This document shows positions 1 to 7,819 of a DNA stretch of 64,000 nt, piece by piece. Position 1 is the stretch's first letter, and each line of letters begins with the position of its first letter. Both the position numbers and the translations under genes were made by a program. The DNA is from Pyrinomonadaceae bacterium. Its GTDB lineage: Bacteria; Acidobacteriota; Blastocatellia; Pyrinomonadales; Pyrinomonadaceae. The stretch is from NCBI GenBank assembly GCA_041751855.1, contig JBGSWR010000035.1, positions 42,187 to 106,186 of the forward strand, read 5' to 3'. The notes under the pieces are model-generated. The model did not search any database. It was not told the DNA's origin and saw nothing but the letters and a program-made list of their open reading frames with translations.

Positions 1-515
1 CCGATCAGAAAGAGCTTTGAGAGGCCGTCTTTTTCGATGAGCTCCATAGCGACCGCACGAAGGTCTTCACTCATACCTCCATGATAGAGCGTCGGAGTCA
101 GGTGCTCTGTTCCGCCACAATTACGGAGATTCACCCGCACGACATTGAATCCTGCGCGAAATGCTTTTTGTGCAGTGCCAAGCATGTAGACCGAGTCACT
201 GGAACCCTCAATCCCATGCCACATCACTGCCGTTGGGTGCTTTGGCGGATCGGGTTGCCAGCGACAGTGCGCCAGGACTCGCACGCCGGGCGCAACCTCA
301 AATAAGCGGTCCTTATCTTCCTTTGCACGTAAGCGGAATCGTCGGGGCCAGGCATAGCCAATCAGCGTCTGAGCGTGTCCATTAATGAAGAGCGGATGAG
401 GCGAGAAGGGTTTACCTACGAAAACGCGCGCCGCCTCAGCGAGAAAGGTACGCACCCTTGCTTCGGCGACTATCGTTCCAGAGCAGGATTGGGCCGATTG
501 AGAATCCAGGAACAT
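1..515 (-). CDS. alpha/beta-fold hydrolase, YheT-like (N-terminal part; the gene runs off the window)
   Basis: Not in the ORF track because there is no stop in the window. My own reverse-strand translation from ATG 515-513 reads MFLDSQSAQS...HPLFINGHAQTLIGY...VMWHGIEGSSDSVYM...VVRVNLRNCGG. The reading frame stays open to position 1. Confidence 0.6.
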   Translation of the reverse strand, partial: MFLDSQSAQSCSGTIVAEARVRTFLAEAARVFVGKPFSPHPLFINGHAQTLIGYAWPRRFRLRAKEDKDRLFEVAPGVRVLAHCRWQPDPPKHPTAVMWHGIEGSSDSVYMLGTAQKAFRAGFNVVRVNLRNCGGTEHLTPTLYHGGMSEDLRAVAMELIEKDGLSKLFLI

Positions 516-628
516 TGATCAACACTGAACAGCGAATTTATGCCTGATCGATTCTGAAGGTCCGAGACTATCGTCAGGCATTATACGCAAAAGTTACGGC
601 AAAATCAGTTCACCGGCAGATCCTTATA

Positions 629-1210
629 ATGGACAAAAATACTTGGCGTGCAAAGACCAGAGATGAGCTGATTGTCGAGGTTTGGGAGGCGTTGGACTGT
701 GAGTCGGCTGGCGCCCGCGAACTCAAAGAGATTCAAAGGATGGTTGAGGAGCGATTCGGTCGCGGCGCCGTCGAGAGCCCGGCGGCGATCGCGCGCACGC
801 TCGCCGACGAGGGGGCAGTGTTGCGTCATCCGGAAGTCCTCGAGTTTGATTCAGAATGGCGCATTGAACACGCTTCAGAGTTGAGCGAGATCGATGATCT
901 GGAGTTCTCGTCACTCGAATCAGCGGCGTTATCGCTGCATCGACTCGAGACGCTACGAACCCAACTCGGAACTAGAACCGATGGGCCTGGGCTAAAGTCC
1001 CTGCTTGACCTTGTCTCGGAGTATCGGCGGGATGTTCTGCTCGTTGCGGGAAGCAAAATCGCGGAAGTTGCGGCCCGTGCTGAAGCCAGAGAGATAGCTC
1101 TGTGGCTGCGAGTGTGGTTGGAACAACCCGACCTTTTTGCGGATTGGCTGAGTCTGCGTACCAGTTCTCCCGAATTTATTCAAAAGTTTGGCGACCGGCA
1201 ACTTCCCTGA
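629..1210 (+). CDS. hypothetical protein
   Basis: 193-aa ORF, helical and acidic, with no motif I recognise. It is the longest frame in this region and lies directly upstream of the ECF sigma gene. Confidence 0.45.
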   Translation: MDKNTWRAKTRDELIVEVWEALDCESAGARELKEIQRMVEERFGRGAVESPAAIARTLADEGAVLRHPEVLEFDSEWRIEHASELSEIDDLEFSSLESAALSLHRLETLRTQLGTRTDGPGLKSLLDLVSEYRRDVLLVAGSKIAEVAARAEAREIALWLRVWLEQPDLFADWLSLRTSSPEFIQKFGDRQLP

Positions 1211-1299
1211 CAGCCAGCTCCTTTAAATTCCTGTCATTTCTGGAACTTTCTCGGGATGTCGCGCGAATTAGTAGTGACAGCTCGCGACTGAAGCAAGCA

Positions 1300-1899
1300 A
1301 TGACAGCATTTAGCGATCAATCTGATAGCGACCTGCTCAGGCGGGCTGCGGACGGTGAAGAAGATGGCTTCTGTGCTCTTTACAGGCGTCATCAGGCGAG
1401 CATTTATAGATTCGCATTGCAGATGACCGGTTCGACTTCTCAAGCGGAAGACGTCACTCAAGAGGTGTTCATGGCATTGATTCGAGATCCTGTCTCCTTC
1501 GATCCGGGACGGGGAACCCTCAGAGCTTTCCTGTTGGGGATAGCGCGAAATCAGGTTCTGCGTAGATTCGGCAAAGACCGTTACTACGTGCCTATCGATG
1601 AAGAGGCGGAAATGAGACCTGCTAATGAAGAAGGACCGCTGGATCAAGTCTCGCGCGACGAGCTGATCGAGAGCGTACGCCGGGCCATCTTGAGTTTGCC
1701 GGAACGTTACCGCGAGGCAGTGATCCTTTGCGATTTGCAGGAGCTGAGTTATGCGGAAGCCGCCGTCGTATTGAGTTGTGCTGTCGGGACGGTTCGTTCG
1801 CGGTTGCATCGAGGGCGTGCCATGCTAGTGGAAAAGCTGCAACCGGCCCATCACAGCGATCCCGAGCGGGGAATGAGATCAGCGAGGTGTTTTGCGTGA
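1300..1899 (+). CDS. RNA polymerase sigma factor, ECF subfamily
   Basis: ORF 1102..1899. I chose the internal ATG at 1300 (MTAFSDQSDSDLLRRAADGEEDGFCALYRRHQASIYRFAL), which is typical of ECF region 2. The region 4 HTH is LSYAEAAVVLSCAVGTVRSRLHRGR. Confidence 0.85.
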   Translation: MTAFSDQSDSDLLRRAADGEEDGFCALYRRHQASIYRFALQMTGSTSQAEDVTQEVFMALIRDPVSFDPGRGTLRAFLLGIARNQVLRRFGKDRYYVPIDEEAEMRPANEEGPLDQVSRDELIESVRRAILSLPERYREAVILCDLQELSYAEAAVVLSCAVGTVRSRLHRGRAMLVEKLQPAHHSDPERGMRSARCFA

Positions 1900-2675
1900 A
1901 CTGCGAAAGATTTGCCGGATTGGTTACTGATTTGTCGCGTCATGGAATCATGGATGCGCGCGTCCGTGAGGAGGCGCTCGCTCATGCTAATGAGTGTGGG
2001 CACTGTGGACCAAGGCTGCACGGGGAGCTGGCGTTGACGGCAAAGCTCAGGCTGCTTGCTGACGGCATGAATCAACTGCAAGCATCCAAAGAATTGGGAG
2101 AGCGGCTGCGGGTAGAGTTTCGAAGCCGCACGTTTATCAACTCTCGTCGGAAGGTTGGGAGGTTTCGGCCCTGGACCACGGCTGCCGCTGCGGCTGCCCT
2201 CATCGCCCTTGGCATAGTACTGGCAAGTTGGCGAGTCGCTCCGGTCATTGAGGAAGGTAATCACTCGAGTGACACAACTAGGTCTGTGGCCGCAAGTCTG
2301 TCTGAAGAACCCTTGCCTGAGGGACCTGTAGAAACGGTTGTGGAAGAGAGAGAGATTGAGGCGACCGCTATTCTGCCTGCTCGTCAGCCAGCGCGTAAGC
2401 GGGGCGGAAAAAGAAGTCTAGTCGTCGAAACAAGACCCGATAGCGACGATTTCGATTACAGCGAAATAGAGATTGCCACTGACTTTCTACCCGTCAATTA
2501 TGGAGGACCCATGAATCTTCAGGACGGTGGTCAGATTGTGCGTGTGGAACTGCCCCGCGCCGCGCTTCTGAATTTTGGGCTGCCTGTAAATATGGCCCGC
2601 GTCGATGAGAGGGTCAAAGCGGATGTGATAGTGGGCGCCGATGGACTAGCGCGCGCCATCCGTTTTGTGCAGTGA
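1896..2675 (+). CDS. anti-sigma factor, zf-HC2 type, single-pass membrane protein
   Basis: GTG at 1896 overlaps the sigma stop codon (GTGA). The N-terminus has H-x3-C-x2-C (HANECGHC) and there is one TM segment (TTAAAAAALIALGIVLASW). Its position after an ECF sigma gene fits this call. Confidence 0.7.
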   Translation: MNCERFAGLVTDLSRHGIMDARVREEALAHANECGHCGPRLHGELALTAKLRLLADGMNQLQASKELGERLRVEFRSRTFINSRRKVGRFRPWTTAAAAAALIALGIVLASWRVAPVIEEGNHSSDTTRSVAASLSEEPLPEGPVETVVEEREIEATAILPARQPARKRGGKRSLVVETRPDSDDFDYSEIEIATDFLPVNYGGPMNLQDGGQIVRVELPRAALLNFGLPVNMARVDERVKADVIVGADGLARAIRFVQ

Positions 2676-2716
2676 AAACCAGGTTGAGAACCATTATTGA
2701 AAGGAAGAATTTAGAC

Positions 2717-3739
2717 ATGAAATTGAAATGGTCGATCCTTGTGAGTATCGGAGTCATGATCGCGTTTCTGCCGGGCGCTGGCCTAGGCCAGGAGCAGGCG
2801 CCCGCACCGGAACGCAAGGTAATCCTCGAGCCTCACGGAGTGATGCAGGGACCGGTTGGGACACACTTGCCGCCAATTGGTGAGAACACTTTTGTATTCA
2901 TGGCATCCGAGATGGGGTTCGACGCGAAATCAGTGAAAGGGTCGCCTTATTCGGCTGAAGCTACAACTGAGGCAATTCAGACGCTGAGTGACGGAAACCG
3001 GATCGTCAGGAAGTCATCAGCGGCGGTGTACCGAGACAGTGAAGGTCGAACTCGTCGAGAGCAAACGTTGGCTGCCATTGGTCCATTTGCCACTGCCGGC
3101 GAGCCGCCGAAAACCATTCACATCAACGATCCGGTGGCTGGAGTCAGCTACATGCTGGATCCGAATACTCGCATAGCTCGCAAGATGCGGCCGATGCATT
3201 TTTCACAGGGAATTGCTTCCAGCTCGGGCACGGGAGCAGGTGTTGTGGCTTTTCGATCACCGGGCGCAGTCACTGTTCAGGCCGAGGGTAAGACTCCCTC
3301 CAGGGAAGGAAGGATGGCAACAGAGCGAAGTACGATTTTCACACAGCGCTTGCCTCATCCAGGTCCCGATCAAGGGCCGGTTGTATTCTGGCATGCAAAC
3401 AAGGAGACGAAAGTGAGCACGGAGTCTCTGGGAAGCCAGATCGTAGAAGGCGTGGCGGCTGAGGGGACGCGACAGACCTTTGTGATTCCCGCCGGCGAGA
3501 TTGGCAATGAGCGCCCGATTGAGGTCGTGTCCGAGAGTTGGTTTTCACCGGAGTTGAAAACGGTCGTCCTTACTATTCATCGCGATCCGAGGTTTGGAGA
3601 GACGATCTATCGTCTGACAAACATCAATCGCAGTGAACCAGACCGTTCACTCTTCGGAGTTCCGGGAGATTATGCTGTAAAGGATGCAGCGGTGCCGGTT
3701 CAACTGTTCCGGATGAAAAAACCAGAGGGTGAACAATAG
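2717..3739 (+). CDS. exported hypothetical protein (third gene of the ECF cassette)
   Basis: ATG at 2717 is preceded by AAGGAAG. The signal-peptide-like N-terminus is MKLKWSILVSIGVMIAFLPGAGLGQ. An alternative GTG at 2672 overlaps the anti-sigma stop. Confidence 0.6.
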   Translation: MKLKWSILVSIGVMIAFLPGAGLGQEQAPAPERKVILEPHGVMQGPVGTHLPPIGENTFVFMASEMGFDAKSVKGSPYSAEATTEAIQTLSDGNRIVRKSSAAVYRDSEGRTRREQTLAAIGPFATAGEPPKTIHINDPVAGVSYMLDPNTRIARKMRPMHFSQGIASSSGTGAGVVAFRSPGAVTVQAEGKTPSREGRMATERSTIFTQRLPHPGPDQGPVVFWHANKETKVSTESLGSQIVEGVAAEGTRQTFVIPAGEIGNERPIEVVSESWFSPELKTVVLTIHRDPRFGETIYRLTNINRSEPDRSLFGVPGDYAVKDAAVPVQLFRMKKPEGEQ

Positions 3740-3770
3740 GGCTTATAACGTTTGTTCCGAAGAAAGAACT

Positions 3771-3843
3771 GATCCACGAAGACGCACGAACCTGACACGA
3801 ACCTCTCTAATTCTTCGTGTAGGCTCGTGCGGATTCGTGGATC
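3771..3843. terminator. long imperfect palindrome between convergent genes (likely bidirectional terminator)
   Basis: gatccacgaa(3771-3780)...ttcgtggatc(3834-3843) form the outer arms. The arms carry repeated CACGAA/TTCGTG units, with T-rich runs on both flanks. Confidence 0.55.
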
Positions 3844-3853
3844 CTGTCTTTTG

Positions 3854-5962
3854 TTACTCTTCTTCTTCGCCGCCGCGAATCCGGCCCTCGGCGCGCGACT
3901 GCTCGACGATCTTCTGAGCCAGATTCCCCGGTACGGGATCATAGTGAGAAAACTGCATATGGAATGATCCACGGGCCGCGGTAATCGAGTTCAGGGTCGA
4001 CTGGTAGTTCAGCATTTCGGCCATCGGCACCTGTGCCTTGATGACCTGCTGGTTCCCCGTCGTCTCCATTCCCTGAACCCGGCCCCGTCGCGAGTTCAGA
4101 TCCCCCATAATGTCGCCGCTGTATTCCTGAGGCGCCAGGATCTCTACGTCCATGATGGGTTCAAGAATCGAAGGTCTTACTTTTTCCATTGCTGCCCGAA
4201 AGGCCTTTCGCCCGGCCGCTCGGAAAGAATGTTCATCAGAATCGACAGTGTGATAAGAACCATCTACGAGCTGAACTTTGAAATCGACCAGAGGATAACC
4301 GGCGATGGCGCCTGACTGCGCTGCTTCAATAATCCCTTTCTCAATCGCTGGTCGAAACTGCTGCGGAACAGAACCCCCGAAGATCTTATCCTCAAAGACA
4401 AACCCGCCACCTCGTGGCAAAGGTTCGAAAACCACTTTGCAGTCGCCAAACTGTCCGCGACCCCCTGTTTGCTTCTTGTGCCGTCCCTGCACCTCGGCGC
4501 GTTGGGTGATGGTCTCTTTGTAGGGAACTTTTGGGGGATGAAGCGTCACTTCGACGCTATAGCGTTTCCTCAGCTTTTCCACCACAGTCTCCACGTGCAA
4601 CTGGCCCGAACCGGAAAGCAAAAATTCCTTTGTTTGCGAATCACGCGTGAAATGAAGGGCAGGATCCTCCTCCAGAATCTTATGGAGGGCGACGCTGATC
4701 TTCTCCTCGTCCTGGCGTGACTTTGGTTCAATCGCAAATGCAATTGCGGCTTCAGGGTATTCGACCGGTTTATAGACAACTGGAGATTGCTTCTCGCAAA
4801 GGGTATCGCCGGTCTGAGTCTCTTTAAGTTTCACGCAGGCAATGATGTCGCCGGCGTGGGCCTCGGACGTCTTGTCAAGTTGCTTGCCCTGCATGATGTT
4901 GAGCGCGCCCAGACGCTCCATCACGCCTCTGCTCGAGTTGAATACGGTTGCGTCGTTTTGCAAGTGACCGCTGATCACTTTCATAACATTGATCCGGCCC
5001 GCGAACGGATCGGCAACCGTGCGAAAGCAGTATGCAGAAAAAGGCTCCTCATCACTGTAACGCCGGGCAATCTTTTCGCCGTCCGTACCTGAGTCAACTG
5101 GATGTCCGTATTCGGCTTCATGAGCTGCCGGGTTGGGTGCATAGTCCACCAGCCCGTTAAGTAGCGCGCGCAATCCTACGAGACTCAAACTCGAGGCAGC
5201 GAATACAGGACAGAGTTTGCTCTGAGCAATCGCGCGACTGATGTTGGGAAGTATGTCCTCTTCATCCAGAGTGCCTTGTTCGAAATACTTCTCCAGCAAC
5301 GCGTCATCTGATTCGGCTACCAGTTCCACTAACCGCTCTCTGGTCCTTTCTAGTAGATCCCGGCCCTCGCTGGGAATATCAATTTCCTTAGGTTGACCAT
5401 CTGCGCCGAGTTCGTATGCTTTCATATGAACAACATCGATCACGCCACTGAAGTCCTTTTCTTTCCCAATCGGCAGCGTGAAAGGAATGATTGCTCGGCT
5501 AAAACTGTTCTGCGCGCTGCTCACAGCAGCTCCGAAATCTGAATGTTCCTTGTCGAGCTTCGTTACCACCATCATCCGAGGGACGATAAATTCGTTCGCA
5601 TAGGCCCAGGTTTTTTCCGTCTGTACTTCGACGCCCTTAACGCCGTCAACTACCACGAGCGCGCAATCAGCAATTCGCAGAGCTGGACGGGCATGGGCCA
5701 CGAAGGCCGCGTATCCCGGGGTATCGACAAAACTAATTTTTGTATCCCGATGATCAAGATGAGCGAGGGAAATATTGAGGGTTATTTTGCGAGCTATTGA
5801 ATCCTCTTCATAGTCGGTAACCGTTGTACCTTCGTCAACCTTACCCCAGCGCGGAGTTACTCCAGCGACGTAGAGAAGCGAACTGATCAGTTGCGTTTTC
5901 CCTGCGTCGCCATGTCCAATGACCGCAAGGTTGCGAATCGACTCAGTAGGATAAGCTTTCAT
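3854..5962 (-). CDS. elongation factor G paralog (EF-G2 / FusA2-like translational GTPase)
   Basis: Start is ATG at 5962, after AAAGGAA. The G1 motif is GHGDAGKT and the G3 motif is DTPGYAAF, instead of the canonical AHIDAGKT and DTPGHVDF. It is full EF-G length (702 aa) and is not in an rpsL-rpsG-fusA context. Confidence 0.8.
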   Translation of the reverse strand: MKAYPTESIRNLAVIGHGDAGKTQLISSLLYVAGVTPRWGKVDEGTTVTDYEEDSIARKITLNISLAHLDHRDTKISFVDTPGYAAFVAHARPALRIADCALVVVDGVKGVEVQTEKTWAYANEFIVPRMMVVTKLDKEHSDFGAAVSSAQNSFSRAIIPFTLPIGKEKDFSGVIDVVHMKAYELGADGQPKEIDIPSEGRDLLERTRERLVELVAESDDALLEKYFEQGTLDEEDILPNISRAIAQSKLCPVFAASSLSLVGLRALLNGLVDYAPNPAAHEAEYGHPVDSGTDGEKIARRYSDEEPFSAYCFRTVADPFAGRINVMKVISGHLQNDATVFNSSRGVMERLGALNIMQGKQLDKTSEAHAGDIIACVKLKETQTGDTLCEKQSPVVYKPVEYPEAAIAFAIEPKSRQDEEKISVALHKILEEDPALHFTRDSQTKEFLLSGSGQLHVETVVEKLRKRYSVEVTLHPPKVPYKETITQRAEVQGRHKKQTGGRGQFGDCKVVFEPLPRGGGFVFEDKIFGGSVPQQFRPAIEKGIIEAAQSGAIAGYPLVDFKVQLVDGSYHTVDSDEHSFRAAGRKAFRAAMEKVRPSILEPIMDVEILAPQEYSGDIMGDLNSRRGRVQGMETTGNQQVIKAQVPMAEMLNYQSTLNSITAARGSFHMQFSHYDPVPGNLAQKIVEQSRAEGRIRGGEEEE

Positions 5963-6357
5963 AACTATAATTCCTTTCGGGCATACAAGATTTGGCGAAG
6001 GGTACCCGGCCGCTTCGGTAAGAAGTCTCCTCAAAACCTGGCAGGATGTGCTCGGGTGAAGACCTAATTTATCCGAGCGTTAAGGGTAAAGGCAAGTTGA
6101 GCCTTCGCAGGACCGTGTATCCGCAACTCGTTCGCAAAGATATTGGGAAAGGGCTCTCCTGCCCGGAGGAGCATGAACGAAACCGTGTGGCCTACATTCC
6201 AAATGGACACAATTTTAGGTTAATTCGAACTATGACACGATCGTTTTAGATACCGATGAGCGATTACTGGCTTCAGAGGGACCAGCGGCCATCCTTTACT
6301 AACCTCGGGGCATCGAAGAGTTGTCCACGGGTAGATAGGAGTTTGGGAGAAAATAAC

Positions 6358-7086
6358 ATGATTTACAAAAGATTGATGACGTTGTTTGTGTCTTTAGTGT
6401 TCGCTTTTAGCGCTGGTATCGTTGCTTTTGCTGCACCGGTCAATGCAGAAAAGGAGCAGCGTAATCGTCGCGTTCTGGCGCCGTTAAATATTGCGATTCT
6501 TATTCAGGATGACCTTGTTTCGAGGGTAGGCAATGAGTTGAATGTCACCCGCGATTTTATCCGTACGCTTCCGGCGGGTTCACGTGTCATGGTTGGTTAC
6601 ATCACCGCTGGCACTTTGCAAGTCCGCCAGCCGTTCACGACTGATCTCGAGAAGGCGGCCGGATCGTTACGCATTCCGGTAGCGAGCACAGCCGCGTCGG
6701 CTTACAATCCTTATGTTGAGGTTATTGAAGCGCTGCGTAAGTTCGATCAGGAGGGAACGGCGAGAAATGCCGTGTTGCTGATCTCGGACGGGCTTGACAC
6801 AAGTCGCGGATTCGACGTGACATCAGCAGGTCGGACGTTGGATCTCGAACGGGCTATTAATGAAGCGCAACGGCGCAACGTGGCTGTTTACACCTTCTAT
6901 GCGCCCTCGGTAGGCCTGACTAGCAGAAGCCGGTTAGCGGCCAGCTACGGTCAGAGCTCGCTGAATCGATTGGCAGATGAGACTGGCGGGAAGGCGTTCT
7001 TTCAGGGCACCAGTTTTGTGACATTCGATTCCTACTTTGCCCGGTTGCGAGAGACATTGAACGATCAGTACGCAAGGGCCAGATAA
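6358..7086 (+). CDS. exported VWA-domain protein
   Basis: ATG at 6358. The signal peptide is MIYKRLMTLFVSLVFAFSAGIVAFAAPVNA. VWA-like blocks are present (NIAILIQDD..., LLISDGLDTS, ...ETGGKAFF). Confidence 0.65.
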   Translation: MIYKRLMTLFVSLVFAFSAGIVAFAAPVNAEKEQRNRRVLAPLNIAILIQDDLVSRVGNELNVTRDFIRTLPAGSRVMVGYITAGTLQVRQPFTTDLEKAAGSLRIPVASTAASAYNPYVEVIEALRKFDQEGTARNAVLLISDGLDTSRGFDVTSAGRTLDLERAINEAQRRNVAVYTFYAPSVGLTSRSRLAASYGQSSLNRLADETGGKAFFQGTSFVTFDSYFARLRETLNDQYARAR

Positions 7087-7306
7087 CCGGAGTTTATCGG
7101 TTTCAGGAAGCGCTATCGAGGAACTTGATCTCGATGGCGCTTCTTTTTTGTAGCGCAAGCGTCTTCACGACCGGGTCAAACATCGGGGTCTGGAAAGTTC
7201 GGAACGCATGTTTGTTTTGAGGTGTCGTTGCGTTGTTTGAAGGGCTGAATTTGTACTTGGCCCTAAACAAAGGCGATGGTAAAGTTGCACGGCAAAGCCG
7301 GAGCAA

Positions 7307-7693
7307 ATGGCCTGGTCGAGCTTGTTTGCGGGCTGTGGCTTACGCTCTGAAGACTGCAAAGTGCGCGAATATTGTCTCATCGTCGAAGGGGCTTACCTCT
7401 CCGAATCCGAGGCTGAACACGCCTTGCGTGACCCATTTATCGAAGACTGGGTCGAACAAACCGGGCGCTTTCGAATCCACAACATGGATGAAATACAGAT
7501 TACGCCGGGCGTTACTTTGGGCTCACTGGGAGTTTTAATGCTTGATGAGCGGGTGTTTGAAATTGCCAGCGCCGATCCTGAAAGCCCTTTAACTGAACAT
7601 AAAGCGAAGGGAGTTGCCGAGGCGCTCCGGCGGCAGGATATGTTCGACGATATTAAGGTCGAACCCCGCTATGACGAAGAGTCGACTGTTTAG
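7307..7693 (+). CDS. hypothetical protein
   Basis: 128-aa ORF with no recognisable motif. The start is uncertain. Confidence 0.35.
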   Translation: MAWSSLFAGCGLRSEDCKVREYCLIVEGAYLSESEAEHALRDPFIEDWVEQTGRFRIHNMDEIQITPGVTLGSLGVLMLDERVFEIASADPESPLTEHKAKGVAEALRRQDMFDDIKVEPRYDEESTV

Positions 7694-7703
7694 ATGGCAC
7701 CCA

Positions 7704-7814
7704 GTTGCCTCAATTGCCTTTCCCGCCATTTCAACCGGTGTTTTCAGATATCCGCAATCTGAAGCGGCGGCAATCGCCTCACGAGCGATAGAAGATTCTA
7801 TTTATCATAGATAG
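7704..7814 (+). pseudogene. macro-domain (O-acetyl-ADP-ribose deacetylase-like) C-terminal remnant
   Basis: The tail of ORF 7614..7814 reads VASIAFPAISTGVFRYPQSEAAAIASRAI. This matches the conserved macro-domain block (S/V)(I/V)AFPAISTGVYGYP..AA.IA. No N-terminal macro motifs occur upstream in any frame. Confidence 0.5.
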
Positions 7815-7819
7815 CCAAG

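Noticed and set aside
1234-1809. A 191-aa minus-strand ORF.
   Set aside because: It is antisense to the ECF sigma factor gene and has no motifs.
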